Source: a virus (lineage: Duplodnaviria; Caudoviricetes). From it: 45,352 nt of DNA. The notes below the pieces were generated by a model. The model did not search any database. It was not told the origin of the DNA and worked only from the letters and a program-made list of their open reading frames with translations. Below, in pieces: positions 24,764 to 35,505 of the stretch; positions within the stretch are counted from its first letter, which is position 1, and the number at the start of each line of letters is the position of its first letter. The position numbers were made by a program, and so were the translations under genes. The stretch spans positions 1 to 45,352 of IMG/VR virus record IMGVR_UViG_3300012940_000043; one strand, 5' to 3'.

Positions 24764-27700
24764 ATGGCGGACCAGTCCGTCGCGGCGGCCTACGCTGGCC
24801 GCCCGCAGCCGTCCCAGGATGAGGTCTATCAGGCCCGCCTGGACGAGATCGCCCGCAACGAGCGCGAACTGCAACAGCTCCGCGCCCAGGTCGCGGCGAA
24901 GCAGAAGGCGCAGACCGAGGCTCCGCCCCGCACCCCTCTCCAGCGGTTCGTGGACAATCTGGTGGACGGGGCTCAGCACAACCTGATGCTCACGTTCGCC
25001 CGGCGTTCCCAGGCAGACCCAGCGTTCGCCATCCAGGTGGCCACCGCCGGCAACTACGTGGCAGGGCCCGCGAACCCTGTGACCCTGTTTGCTCTCAGCA
25101 ACGCGGTGGCCGGCCGGGTCATCGACAAGATCGTCCCCGGCTTCACCCAGTCCCAGGTCCAGGAGGAGCAGCAGCGTCGGGCCGACTTCGCCCAGCGCAG
25201 CGCCTCCGACCCCTGGTACAACGCCCCCGGCGGGGTCCCCGGTAAGCTCGTCGCAGGGGCCGCGACCCTCGCCGGCCAGCTCGTCGGCGGAGCCGCGGAC
25301 CCCATCAACCTCGTGGGTCCCGAGGGCTCGGTCGGCAAGGTGCTCGCCACCAAGGGCCTCTCTGCCGCCGCCTCGCTCGCGGCCAAGAAAGCCGCCGGCC
25401 AGGGTCTCCTCAACGCCGTCAACGACGCCGCCGAACAGGCGACCGAGATGGGCCAGCTCAGGGACCACTTCGACCCCATCGAGACCCTGTCGGCCGCCGC
25501 GGTCGGTGTCGGCCTGTCCGCCTCTCTGGACGTCGCCCCCTCCACCGTCCGCGCCCTGGTCGCCAAGTTCCGCACGCCGGACGCCGGCCGGGCACCGCTG
25601 TCGCTCGCCGAGGTCCCCCCCGTCGAGCCGCCGCCCGTGGCCCAGCACGAGCCCTCCCCGGCGCTCCTGCCGGCTCCTGTCGAGGCACCCGCAAGGAAGC
25701 CCGCCGAGGCCCATCAGGCCCCCTCCGCTACCCACCTACCCGCCGTCCCCGAGAAGCCCGCAGGCGACCGCTCCAGCGGCTCCAGTGAGTCCTCCCAGGG
25801 GGCCGGGGCGGGTGACCCGTGGAGCGAGGTGGACTGGGGCAAGATGCGCTCGAAGCAGCGCGCCCAGGCCGCGGTCGAGCACCTCGACAAGCTCCGCCAG
25901 TTCATCAAGCCCGAGCACGTCCGCGACTTCGTGAACGCGCTCGACCAGGAGGTGAACCCGGAGCTGCCCATCGGCGACCGCGTGGGGTTCGTGAACCCCG
26001 AGTACGTCAACTGGGACCACATGGAGAGCAACCCCGAGGACTTCCTCGCCTGGGTGAACATCCGTTCCGCCATCTTCAAGGACCTGTACGACCGGGCCGG
26101 GGATGCGGGGAAGACGTGGGACCAGATTGGCCGCATGGCGGCGCTCATGGGCCAGAACCTCTCCGACCTCATCAAGACCCACGCCGACATCACGGGTGAA
26201 GGCGGCATCGCCGCTCGCGTCGGGGCTCTCGCCCAGACCGCCTTGGAGTCGGCCGACCGCTTCCATGCCCAGCTCAAGGACGTCCGCGCCCAGATTGAGA
26301 GGGGCGACCTGAGCGGGGTCTCCGAGTTCGCCGCGGCGGTGCAGCGCACCGTTCTCCTGGAGGCGATGTCGGAAGGCGCGACCTCCGAGATCGCGCGAGC
26401 CCTGAACTACATGCGGAAGCTGAAGCGCCCTAAGGCCGCGGTGAACGACCTCCAGTCCCTGCTCAACGAGTTCGGGGACGCGGTGAACGGCGGCAAGCCT
26501 GTCGACATCGACAAGGTCAAGCGGACCATGGACGCCGTCGACAAGGCGTACAGGGCGCGCGGCGCGGCCGGCGTGGTCGAGGAAGTCGCCAAGATGCGAC
26601 AGCTAGGCCTGGAGGACTACATCGGCTACCACATCACGGCCGGTCTCCTGTCCAAGCCCGCGACCTGGATACGCAACCTCATCGGCACCCCGTTCATGTC
26701 GGTGTTCAACATCGCCGAGCGGTACGTCGGGGCCGGCATCGGCGCGGCGCGGGAGGCCATCGGTCTCGGTAGCCGCGAACGCATGACCCTGGCCGAGGCC
26801 AACGCCTACGTCGCCTCGTCCGTCGAGGCCCTGCACGATGCCTTTGGGAACGCCTGGAAGGCGTGGAAGTCGGGGACCACGATCACGGACGACACCGGCT
26901 CGTGGGCCGGCGAGGCCCTCCAGCGGCCCGTCCCGTTCCAGCTCAACAAGGATCGGCTCGACCGCTGGGCCAGGGACGGCATGACCTTCCACACCGTCCT
27001 CGACGCCGCCATGACGGCCTACTTCGAGGTGCTGCGGACGGTCGGCTTCCGGTTCTCCGTGGCGGCCGATGAGTTCTACAAGGCCATCACCCACCACCAG
27101 CAGATCAGCGGGCTCGCCTACCGGGAGGCCCACTACCGGGCCTCACTGGCGGACCCGAAGGACTACGCCAAGGTCTTCCAGAAGACCCTCCAGGACATCC
27201 AGCAGAAGCCCACCGCGGCAGCCTTCAAGGAGGCCCGGCGGTACTTCACGGATCGCGAGATGGACCCTGATGGGGTCTACCCCGTGGGTTCCCGCGAGGA
27301 GGAGCTGGCCCTGCTGATCCGCAGCGTGGACCTGGAGAAGATGGCGGCGGACCACGCCCGCATGATGGTGTTCCAGGACGCCGGCCCCATCGTCACCCAG
27401 ATCGACCGCACCCTGCGGACGATCCCCCTCATCAAGTGGTTCTACGTCCCGTTCTTCCGCACGCCCATGGCGCTGCTGCGGGCTGGGATGATCGACCGCA
27501 ACCCGCTCACCCTGGGTCTCCTCGGGGAGAACCGGAAGGCGTTCGGTCGGCTCATCGAGACGGCGAAGAACGACGAGGCGGCGATGGAGCGGGGCGGGGC
27601 CGAAGCGGACCTTGCGATGGCTCGGCTCATCGTCGGCGGCACCATCATGTCCATGGCGTTCATGCTCTGGGCGAACGGCCACCTAGTCGGTCGGCGCGGC

Positions 27701-28714
27701 CAGCCCGGCAACCCGGCCAGTCAGGACGGGATCAGGGACTACTCGCTCCGCCTCCCCAACGGCACCTGGGTCCAGTTCTCCCAAGCGGACCCACTCGGCT
27801 CCATCCTCGGCCTCACCGCCGACGTGGCGCAGACCATGAGGGACCGCCGGCTGGACGACAACCAAGCCTCCGCCCTGGTGGGTGGCGTGTTCGCCGCGAT
27901 CCGCAACAACGTCCTGGAGAAGTCGGCCCTGACGGGCATCAAGGACTTCTTCGACACGTTCTACGGCACCTACTCCCAGAAAGACGCCACAGGCGGCAAG
28001 GCGGTCGCCGAGGGGCTCTCCCAAAGCGCGCTCAGCCTGTACCCCCTGTCGTCCCTGGTGCGCGGCGTCGCCCAGGACATGGACCCCGTAAAGCGGGACG
28101 CCCACAGCCTCATCGACCAGATCAAGGCGATGACGCCCCTGTGGTCGGAAGACCTCCCGGCCCGCCGAGACGCCTTCGGCCGCCCCCTTGTCCGCAAGCC
28201 GGGCGAGCGCGGCATCGCCCAGGCGTTCGCCACGAGCAAGCTCAGCGACGACCCCCTCGACCTGGAGGAGTCCCGGCTCGGCACCGTCATCCCGGACTTC
28301 ACGCTGAAGCCGGCGTCACGGTCGTTCAACGGCCGACCCATCACCCCCGAGGAATACTCGCGGGTGCTGGAGGTCCAGGGCCAACTGTTCCGTAATCCGC
28401 GCACCGGGTTGAACATGGAGGAGGCGGCCCTGTCGCTCATCGCGTCCCCGCGGTATGCCCAGATGGGTGACCTGCAGAGGGCGCACGAGCTGAAGGCGCT
28501 CGTCACCCAGTACCGGGAGGCGGCCAACGCCGCCATCAAGAACCCCCGATCCGCCTACTACATGCCCGACATGGTCCGCCGCACGGCGACCGAGAAGGTC
28601 ACGCAGGAGGCCCAGGAGAAGGGCCTGCGAGGTGCCCGCATGTATCACCGCGCCAGAGTCCTGGGGATGACCTCCGAGGACATGCAGAAGCTGAAGGACC
28701 TCTTCTCCCAGTAA
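24764..28714 (+). CDS. Large internal virion protein (gp16-like)
   Basis: 1316 aa, helical, with VPFFRTP motif, directly before the tail fibre. Confidence 0.82.
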   Translation: MADQSVAAAYAGRPQPSQDEVYQARLDEIARNERELQQLRAQVAAKQKAQTEAPPRTPLQRFVDNLVDGAQHNLMLTFARRSQADPAFAIQVATAGNYVAGPANPVTLFALSNAVAGRVIDKIVPGFTQSQVQEEQQRRADFAQRSASDPWYNAPGGVPGKLVAGAATLAGQLVGGAADPINLVGPEGSVGKVLATKGLSAAASLAAKKAAGQGLLNAVNDAAEQATEMGQLRDHFDPIETLSAAAVGVGLSASLDVAPSTVRALVAKFRTPDAGRAPLSLAEVPPVEPPPVAQHEPSPALLPAPVEAPARKPAEAHQAPSATHLPAVPEKPAGDRSSGSSESSQGAGAGDPWSEVDWGKMRSKQRAQAAVEHLDKLRQFIKPEHVRDFVNALDQEVNPELPIGDRVGFVNPEYVNWDHMESNPEDFLAWVNIRSAIFKDLYDRAGDAGKTWDQIGRMAALMGQNLSDLIKTHADITGEGGIAARVGALAQTALESADRFHAQLKDVRAQIERGDLSGVSEFAAAVQRTVLLEAMSEGATSEIARALNYMRKLKRPKAAVNDLQSLLNEFGDAVNGGKPVDIDKVKRTMDAVDKAYRARGAAGVVEEVAKMRQLGLEDYIGYHITAGLLSKPATWIRNLIGTPFMSVFNIAERYVGAGIGAAREAIGLGSRERMTLAEANAYVASSVEALHDAFGNAWKAWKSGTTITDDTGSWAGEALQRPVPFQLNKDRLDRWARDGMTFHTVLDAAMTAYFEVLRTVGFRFSVAADEFYKAITHHQQISGLAYREAHYRASLADPKDYAKVFQKTLQDIQQKPTAAAFKEARRYFTDREMDPDGVYPVGSREEELALLIRSVDLEKMAADHARMMVFQDAGPIVTQIDRTLRTIPLIKWFYVPFFRTPMALLRAGMIDRNPLTLGLLGENRKAFGRLIETAKNDEAAMERGGAEADLAMARLIVGGTIMSMAFMLWANGHLVGRRGQPGNPASQDGIRDYSLRLPNGTWVQFSQADPLGSILGLTADVAQTMRDRRLDDNQASALVGGVFAAIRNNVLEKSALTGIKDFFDTFYGTYSQKDATGGKAVAEGLSQSALSLYPLSSLVRGVAQDMDPVKRDAHSLIDQIKAMTPLWSEDLPARRDAFGRPLVRKPGERGIAQAFATSKLSDDPLDLEESRLGTVIPDFTLKPASRSFNGRPITPEEYSRVLEVQGQLFRNPRTGLNMEEAALSLIASPRYAQMGDLQRAHELKALVTQYREAANAAIKNPRSAYYMPDMVRRTATEKVTQEAQEKGLRGARMYHRARVLGMTSEDMQKLKDLFSQ

Positions 28715-28717
28715 ACT

Positions 28718-30763
28718 ATGAGCTACGCGACAAGGGTTTCCTACGTCGCGACTGAGGGCCAGGTAGAGTTCGACGTCACGTTCCCCTACCTGGACCCTTC
28801 GCACGTCTTCGCCTTTGTCGGGACGGTCCCCCTCGCCTACACCTGGGTCTCCAGCACGCGCCTGCGGCTGTACGACCCCCGTGTGGCGGGGGAGGTCGTC
28901 ACGCTGCGGCGGATCACCCCTATCGACCGGGCGCTCGTCGTCTTCCAGCCCGGCGCTATCCTCACCGCCGAGGAGCAGAACGAGGCCGTCCTCCAGTGCC
29001 TCTACGTCCAGCAGGAGCTGGCCGACCTCTACACCTCCTCTCTCGACCGGGCGAAAATCCGCGTCGGGGAGAACCTCGGGATCATCACCGACCCCGACGC
29101 CGTCATGGACGAGATGGTTCAGATGGTGCTCGCCGACGATCTGCTCGCCGAGCTGAAGCAGCGATACGTCGACATCGACCTCAATGCCCAGTCCATCATC
29201 GACCAAGCCAACCGGCTGGTCGACACGCAGAGACAAGTGGACGACCACCAGGCCGCCCTGGACATCCTGAACGGGACCGGAGACGGCTCCGTGGTGGCCA
29301 TCGTCCACAAGGAGACGCAGTCCCTGTCGGACAGCGTGTCGGCCCTCGGGCAGAGCCTCGACTTCATCGGCGCGCTCACCCCTGACGGCCTGGCATTCCG
29401 GCTGGCCACCTCCACCGTGGAGATTGACGACGGCGTGTCCCTGGCTTCCTGGCGCTCCAGCATGGAGGCGTCCGACGCCGCCAACCTAGCTCTGATCCAG
29501 CAGGAGCAGAACGACCGCATCACCGCAGTCTCCGCTGAGGCCGACGCCAGGCTCACCCTGAAGACCCAGGTGGACGACAACTGGTCCGCTTTCTCGTCCT
29601 TCCAGCAGTCCCAGACCGACCAGAACTCGGCCTTCACCCAGAACATCGACGCCCTCTCAGGGCGCGTGGGCAGCGTCGAGTCCGCCATCACCACCGAACA
29701 GACCGTGCGGGACCAGGCCGACCAGGCCGAGGCGAGCGCCCGTCTGCAGTTGGCGACCAAGGTGGACGACAACTGGTCCGCCTACGAGAGCTTCGTCCAG
29801 TCCCAGACCACCCAGAACAACACCTTCACGGAGTGGTTCGCCCTTCTAGGCGCAGCCAACGCGGGCGGCACATCCTGGATGCTGGATGACCAGAAGGTCC
29901 AGGTTAAGGCCGCGGACGGGGTCACCACGCTCGCCCTGGCCACCCGGCTCCAGGGCCTGGACTCACGGATCGGCAACAACGAGGCCGCCGTCGTCAACGA
30001 GCAGAGCGCCCGCATCAGCGGCGACCAAGCAAACGCGACGCAAATCCAGACGGTCCAGACCACGGTCGACGGCCACACCTCCAGCATCACGAGCATTCAG
30101 CAGTCGCTGAACGGCGTGATGGCGAAGGCTGGCCTCGAACTCGATGTGAACGGCCACATCACCGGCTGGCTCGCCAACAACAACGGCTCCAGAGGCAACT
30201 TCTACGTCATCGCGGACGTGTTCGCCGTGGTGGACCCGAACAACGGCCAGGCATTCGTCCCCTTCGAGGTTAGTGGCGGGGTTGTCCGTGCGCCAAACCT
30301 CTGGGTCCAGAATCTGGTGGCCGGCTCGGTCACCACGAACGCCATCGTGGACGGCGGGGTCACCACGCCCAAGCTGACGAACAGCGCCATCACCCGGCAC
30401 TGGACCGACGACCGCTCGACCAGCACCATCATTCCCACCGCCGAAGGCGGGAGCTACGACGCCTCGCAGGACGTGTCGGTGGACGGCACCGGACCTGTGC
30501 AGGTTGACGTCCGCCTGGACATCCAGAGTGGGACGCAGGGCTGGGTGGCGTGCCGCCTCTACCGGGACACAACCCTCATCGACACCTTCACCTTCCCCGT
30601 CCTCGGCGGGAACGCGAGCGTCCGCCAGACGGTCAGCTCGTGGGTGAAGGACTACCCGAGCGCCGGGAACCACACCTACCACTACAAGGTGTTCAGCCCG
30701 GACGCGGTCTCGAACCGCACCCTATCCCAGGTGGGCCTGGCAGTGACCGAGTACCGCAAGTAA
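28718..30763 (+). CDS. Tail fibre/adaptor with T7 gp17 N-terminal domain, coiled-coil repeats and a DUF1983-like segment
   Basis: FDVTFPYL...LRRITP...VFQPGAILTAEE.N N-domain, LDVNGHITG...FYVIADVFAV. Confidence 0.85.
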   Translation: MSYATRVSYVATEGQVEFDVTFPYLDPSHVFAFVGTVPLAYTWVSSTRLRLYDPRVAGEVVTLRRITPIDRALVVFQPGAILTAEEQNEAVLQCLYVQQELADLYTSSLDRAKIRVGENLGIITDPDAVMDEMVQMVLADDLLAELKQRYVDIDLNAQSIIDQANRLVDTQRQVDDHQAALDILNGTGDGSVVAIVHKETQSLSDSVSALGQSLDFIGALTPDGLAFRLATSTVEIDDGVSLASWRSSMEASDAANLALIQQEQNDRITAVSAEADARLTLKTQVDDNWSAFSSFQQSQTDQNSAFTQNIDALSGRVGSVESAITTEQTVRDQADQAEASARLQLATKVDDNWSAYESFVQSQTTQNNTFTEWFALLGAANAGGTSWMLDDQKVQVKAADGVTTLALATRLQGLDSRIGNNEAAVVNEQSARISGDQANATQIQTVQTTVDGHTSSITSIQQSLNGVMAKAGLELDVNGHITGWLANNNGSRGNFYVIADVFAVVDPNNGQAFVPFEVSGGVVRAPNLWVQNLVAGSVTTNAIVDGGVTTPKLTNSAITRHWTDDRSTSTIIPTAEGGSYDASQDVSVDGTGPVQVDVRLDIQSGTQGWVACRLYRDTTLIDTFTFPVLGGNASVRQTVSSWVKDYPSAGNHTYHYKVFSPDAVSNRTLSQVGLAVTEYRK

Positions 30764-30792
30764 CCAACCCACTTCTTAAACCGGAAACCGAC

Positions 30793-31032
30793 ATGAACCA
30801 GCCTTCCCCCACGGTGGCTCAGACGCTCCTCTCCCTGCAGCAGCAAGATGCCGCCCTGGCGGTCGAGATCGTGGAGCTGCTGGACAAGCTCGAAGCCGCC
30901 AAGGACCGGCGGCGGGCCGTCCGCAACGCCCTGGAGGGCGCTCGGATCGCCCAGCAGATCATGGTCGAGGCGGCGCAGGCCGTCCAGGCCCAGGCCCCCG
31001 CCGATGAACCGGCGGAAGCCCCCGCGGAGTAA
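30793..31032 (+). CDS. Small coiled-coil protein (79 aa), possible tail fibre chaperone
   Basis: ATG30793, heptad pattern, lies within the tail cluster. Confidence 0.65.
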   Translation: MNQPSPTVAQTLLSLQQQDAALAVEIVELLDKLEAAKDRRRAVRNALEGARIAQQIMVEAAQAVQAQAPADEPAEAPAE

Positions 31033-31035
31033 CCC

Positions 31036-31593
31036 GTGAGCGGGCTCACCAACGCCCAGCTCGCCCAGCAAATCTCCGACCTCATCACGTCCTGGCGGCA
31101 GCTCGTCCAGCAAATGGCGGCGCTGCTGACTGGTCCGGCTGACGGGGGAGACAACGGGGACGGGACCTATCCCGTCTCCGACCTCCTCGGGCAAAGCTAC
31201 CTCCTCGACGGCTACCTCAAGATCATCGACACCGTGAAGGGGCCGGCTGCCCAGGCGGAGACCGCCCTGGCACTCGCCGAGGCCGCACGCGACGCCGCCA
31301 AGGGCTACTCAGACACGGTCGCCGGCCAGCTCGTGCTGGCCCAGGCCGCCCAGGTCGCGGCCACCGCCGCGCGCGATCTCGCCAAGCAGTACCGGGATCA
31401 GGCCGCCTCATCCGCGGCGAACGCCAAGGTGTGGGCCGACAATGCAGCCAACGCCGCGGTCGCCATCAACGTGGACCTGGACGGCGGATGCTCCTCGACC
31501 GTGTACCTGACTGACCAGGCCATCGACGCCGGCAGCGCCTCGTCCACCTTCACCTCAGACCAAGACATCGACTGCGGAGACGCATACGGCTAG
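31036..31593 (+). CDS. Tail-associated protein (185 aa)
   Basis: Ala-rich coiled coil with C-terminal D.G.A repeats (IDAGSA, IDCGDA). Confidence 0.72.
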   Translation: MSGLTNAQLAQQISDLITSWRQLVQQMAALLTGPADGGDNGDGTYPVSDLLGQSYLLDGYLKIIDTVKGPAAQAETALALAEAARDAAKGYSDTVAGQLVLAQAAQVAATAARDLAKQYRDQAASSAANAKVWADNAANAAVAINVDLDGGCSSTVYLTDQAIDAGSASSTFTSDQDIDCGDAYG

Positions 31594-33444
31594 ATGGCCA
31601 AGCACCTACAACTCAGGCGGGACACCGCGGCCAACTGGTCCGCCGTGAACCCCGTCCTGGCCCAGGCCGAGCCCGCCCTGGAGATCGACACCGGCCGGAT
31701 GAAGTTCGGCGACGGCGCGACCGCCTGGGACGACCTCCCCTACTGGGCTCTCGGCTTCGACATCGGGGCCGCCTCCGACACCGACATCCTGGACCGCTCG
31801 GCCGGCGACGGCCGGTACGTCCTGCAGAACCCCGACGCCGTGCTGGCCGCCCTCGCGCGCCAGGTGGGTGCGGCCTCCGACACCGACCTTCTCGACCGGG
31901 TGGCCGGCGACGGGCGCTACCTGCAGTTGGTCGGCGGAGAGACCATCACGGGCTCCCTCACGGTGAACGGCGCGGTGACCCTCGGGTCCACCCTGACGCT
32001 GTCCGGGGACCCCGCCGCCGATCTCCAGGCCGCCACCAAGCGGTACGTGGACGCGGGCCTGAACACCAAGCAGGCCAGCAACATCATCCTGACCTCGCTC
32101 GCCGGCATGACCGGCTCGGCCGACAAGCTCCCCTACTTCACGGGGGCCTCGACCTTCGGCCTGGCCACGCTGACGTCCGCCGCCCGGACCCTGCTCGCGC
32201 AGGCCGACCAGGCCGCCATGCGGTCCACCGGCCTCGGCCTCGGCTCCGCCGCGGTCATGGACGTGGGCACCTCGGGAGCGCACCTGGCGCAGCTCGACCA
32301 GGCCAACACCTGGGCCGCCAAGCAGACCTTCACGGTCGCCCCGACGTTCACCGACAAGGAGGGATCGAGAACGGCCCTCGGGGTCGCCATCGGGTCCGAC
32401 GTGCAGGGCTGGGACGCCAACCTCGATGCCATCGCGGCGCTCGCCGGCACCTCCGGGTTCCTGAAGAAGACCGCGGCCAACACCTGGGCCCTGGACACCA
32501 ACACCTACCTGACGGGCAACCAGCCGGTCACCCTCTCGGGCGACGCCACGGGGTCTGGCGCGACGGCCATCACGGTCACCCTGACGAACACCGGGGTGGC
32601 GGCGGGGACCTACACGAACCCGCAGATCACCGTGGACGCCAAGGGTCGGGTCACCTCGATCCAGAGCGGGGCCGCTGCGGATGGCCTGGCCGTCCTTGAC
32701 CAGTCGAACTCGTTCACCGCCGGGCAAACCATTTCCATCCCGGGGAGTGCCTGGGCGATGGACCTCCACAGGAGTGACATCGACTTCTCGTCTCAGGTCT
32801 GGAACGACGGCAACGGGTGGGCCTTCCAGCATCGCCCTAGGTTCAACGGCAACCTCGCCTGGGACGCGGGGAATCTGACGCCCAGCGTCACGGTCTCGGG
32901 CAACTCCGTCGTCCAGCGGGACGCCAACGGGCACATCTTTGGCCAGTACCTAAACCAGGCGTCCGCCAATAATGAGAACCCCTCCATCTCCCAGTTCATG
33001 GTGACAAACGGGAGCGACGGGTTCCTCCGCAAGGCTTCCGCCGCGTTCGTCGCCGAGCAGATGGCGGCCGGTTCGGCAGGCTACCTCCAGTCCAGCAACT
33101 GGCTCCTGCGCCCGAGCGACGTCTGGTCCGCGGCCGGCCTCACCAGTTGGGGCACCACCAGTGGCACCCTGACCCCCGACTTCAACACCGGGCTCAACTT
33201 CTCGGTCGTCCTCAACGGGGCCACGACCCTGACCAACCCGACCAACATGAAGGTCGGCCAGTCGGGAACTATTTACATCCAGCAGGACGGCTCTGGGGGA
33301 CGCACGATGTCCTTCGGGTCCTCCTGGAGGTTCCCTGGTAGGACTGCCCCCTCGCTCAGTACCGGGGCCAGCCAGGCAGACTGCCTGGTCTATCAGGTGC
33401 TGTCCCCCACCTTCATCCTCTGCACTCTGCTGAAGAACTGCTGA
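31594..33444 (+). CDS. Second tail fibre protein (Mtd/hyaluronidase-type N-terminal attachment domain)
   Basis: LQLRRDTAANW...GRMKFGDGATAWDDLPY, AATKRYVD, ITVDAKGRVT, QQDGSGGRT.SFGS.W fibre motifs. Confidence 0.87.
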   Translation: MAKHLQLRRDTAANWSAVNPVLAQAEPALEIDTGRMKFGDGATAWDDLPYWALGFDIGAASDTDILDRSAGDGRYVLQNPDAVLAALARQVGAASDTDLLDRVAGDGRYLQLVGGETITGSLTVNGAVTLGSTLTLSGDPAADLQAATKRYVDAGLNTKQASNIILTSLAGMTGSADKLPYFTGASTFGLATLTSAARTLLAQADQAAMRSTGLGLGSAAVMDVGTSGAHLAQLDQANTWAAKQTFTVAPTFTDKEGSRTALGVAIGSDVQGWDANLDAIAALAGTSGFLKKTAANTWALDTNTYLTGNQPVTLSGDATGSGATAITVTLTNTGVAAGTYTNPQITVDAKGRVTSIQSGAAADGLAVLDQSNSFTAGQTISIPGSAWAMDLHRSDIDFSSQVWNDGNGWAFQHRPRFNGNLAWDAGNLTPSVTVSGNSVVQRDANGHIFGQYLNQASANNENPSISQFMVTNGSDGFLRKASAAFVAEQMAAGSAGYLQSSNWLLRPSDVWSAAGLTSWGTTSGTLTPDFNTGLNFSVVLNGATTLTNPTNMKVGQSGTIYIQQDGSGGRTMSFGSSWRFPGRTAPSLSTGASQADCLVYQVLSPTFILCTLLKNC

Positions 33445-33944
33445 TGCTCATCTACATCGACAAGCTGACCCCCTGGGGCGGCGAGGCCATCGACGGCATC
33501 CAGCACCCGCTCAACATTGAGCAGTTCTGGACGGACGACGAGCTGGCCACCATCGGCCTGGCCCGGCCGGTACCCTTCGTGCCCCCCGAGGGGAAGCGCG
33601 AGGTCGGCACCGTCCGGTACGTGAAGGGGTCTGACGGGAAGGTCCATGAGGACTGGGACGTCGAGGATGTCCCCGCCCCTCCCCCTCCCCAGCCCTCGGC
33701 CCCCACCCGAAGGCTCGTGCGGAAGTCCACCATAATCCGCCGACTGCAGGAGGTCGGCCTCCTTGACCAGGCATTCGCAGTGCTGGATCAGAACCTCTAT
33801 GCCAAAGCGCGTTTCTGGACGCCCGACTGGCCCTCGATCTACTTTGACGACCCGGAGGCGGTCGCCATACTGCAAGCCTGTGGTGCGGACGTGGACGCCA
33901 TCATGGCCCCGGAAGCCCTCCCGCCGCAGGACGCCGCCCAGTGA
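33444..33944 (+). CDS. Tail fibre-associated hypothetical protein (166 aa)
   Basis: TGATG overlap. The DGIQHP..I...WT..EL..IGL motif is typical of fibre-adjacent genes. Confidence 0.75.
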   Translation: MLIYIDKLTPWGGEAIDGIQHPLNIEQFWTDDELATIGLARPVPFVPPEGKREVGTVRYVKGSDGKVHEDWDVEDVPAPPPPQPSAPTRRLVRKSTIIRRLQEVGLLDQAFAVLDQNLYAKARFWTPDWPSIYFDDPEAVAILQACGADVDAIMAPEALPPQDAAQ

Positions 33945-34903
33945 TCCCCGGTGGGCGAACGACGACCCTGGCATCTGCCTGGCCTCCCGGGACCCGGGTG
34001 GTCTACCTGACAGACTCCAGCGGGACCTACGTGCTCCCGGAGGACTGGAACCCCGCCAACAACACCATCGAGTGCATCGGTGCAGGCGGTGGGGGCGCGG
34101 CTGGTGCCGGCTTCTCGAACGGAGGAGGCGGTTCCGGGGGCGGTGGTGGTGCGTACTCCAAGATCACGAATTGGGCCGCCCAGCCTGGGACCTCCTGCCC
34201 CTACGCGGTTGGAGTCGGCGGTGCCGGCTCTACCACCCTGAGCAGTGGTGGCGGGGCCGGCGGCGACACTTGGTTCTACAACACCTCTACCGTGCTCGCG
34301 AAGGGCGGCTCTGGAGGCGCGACCGCCTCCCCAGGCTACCCCGGTATCGGAGGTTCGTCCTCCTCCGGGGTTGGCACCACCCGATACTCGGGCGGCTCCA
34401 GCTCCACCTCACAGACCACCAAGGGTGCCCCCGGGGGCACCGCCGGGGGAGGCGCGGCCGGTCCCAACGGCAACGGCGGTAACGCCGGCTCCGTGGACAC
34501 CACGTCAGGATACCCGGCCTCTGGGGGCGGCGGTGCTGGCAATGGTCAGGGAGACGGTCAACCAGGCGTTGGCACGACTCCAGGAAGCGGCGGCGGCCCG
34601 TATGGCGGCGGCCCTGGACAGCCCGGCAGCAACGGCTGCGGAGGCGGCGGGGGCATCATCGGCTCCGGCTCCACCTCAGGCTCCAACGGCGGGGCCGGTG
34701 GCAACGGCTCGAACTGGGACTCCAGTCATGGTTCCGGCGGCGGCGGTGGGGGCGGCGGCCTGTATATCACCTACCCGGCATATAACGGCGGAAACGGCGG
34801 CCTCTACGGGGGCGGCGGTGGCGGCGGCGGTGCCGGGGACGGCAGCATCGGATACGGCGGGAACGGTGCCCAGGGCATCATCCGTATCACCTACACTTGG
34901 TAA
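33941..34903 (+). CDS. Glycine-rich tail-associated protein (320 aa)
   Basis: IECIGAGGGG...GGGGGAYS...GNGAQGIIRITY glycine-rich domain pattern. Confidence 0.8.
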   Translation: MIPGGRTTTLASAWPPGTRVVYLTDSSGTYVLPEDWNPANNTIECIGAGGGGAAGAGFSNGGGGSGGGGGAYSKITNWAAQPGTSCPYAVGVGGAGSTTLSSGGGAGGDTWFYNTSTVLAKGGSGGATASPGYPGIGGSSSSGVGTTRYSGGSSSTSQTTKGAPGGTAGGGAAGPNGNGGNAGSVDTTSGYPASGGGGAGNGQGDGQPGVGTTPGSGGGPYGGGPGQPGSNGCGGGGGIIGSGSTSGSNGGAGGNGSNWDSSHGSGGGGGGGGLYITYPAYNGGNGGLYGGGGGGGGAGDGSIGYGGNGAQGIIRITYTW

Positions 34904-34921
34904 GGATCACCACTAACACCA

Positions 34922-35197
34922 ATGGCCAACCGGCCACGAACCCGTCCCGCCCCACAGCGGGACGACCTGGGCTACCGCCTGGGTGAGATCAGCGGGAAGC
35001 TAGACATGCTCCTCGCGAACCAGGCCCAGGACCGGGCCGTCAACGACATCCGCTTCACGAAGGTCGAGAAGGAGCTGGAGGAGCACGCCGAGCAGATCGC
35101 CGGCCTGCGCCGTGACCGCTCCTGGGTCCTCGGCGGGGCCGCAGCCATCAGCGCCCTGGGGATCACCCTTGGCCGCCTGTTCGGGTTCCACCCGTGA
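34922..35197 (+). CDS. Coiled-coil protein with C-terminal TM helix (gp17.5 position)
   Basis: LGEISGKLD coiled coil and terminal hydrophobic helix, immediately before the small terminase. Confidence 0.7.
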   Translation: MANRPRTRPAPQRDDLGYRLGEISGKLDMLLANQAQDRAVNDIRFTKVEKELEEHAEQIAGLRRDRSWVLGGAAAISALGITLGRLFGFHP

Positions 35198-35481
35198 CCG
35201 GCCGAGCGACCGAAGACCAGCTCGACTTCCTTCATGGGATGCTTGCTGGTGCGCTCGCCGACGAGCTAGCCGCCGCCATGGAGCGGTCCCGGGATCGCGT
35301 CGTGGACGGCAAGACCGTCCCCGGCGAGCCCATCAACCCTCAGCTCCTGGACAAGGTGATGAAGTTCCTCGGGATGAACGGCGTGGCCGCCCCCGAGAAG
35401 TCCCCGCGGGTTGACCGGCTGGCCTCCACGCTGGCCGACCTGGACCTCGACGCAGAGGCCCAGCGCGGGGCTCACCACTAA
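35194..35481 (+). CDS. gp18: Terminase small subunit (gp18-like)
   Basis: RATEDQLDFLHG...PQLL..VMKFL..NGV pattern, synteny. Confidence 0.8.
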   Translation: MTGRATEDQLDFLHGMLAGALADELAAAMERSRDRVVDGKTVPGEPINPQLLDKVMKFLGMNGVAAPEKSPRVDRLASTLADLDLDAEAQRGAHH

Positions 35482-35505
35482 CCTTCCACAACCCGAAAGG
35501 TCCCA

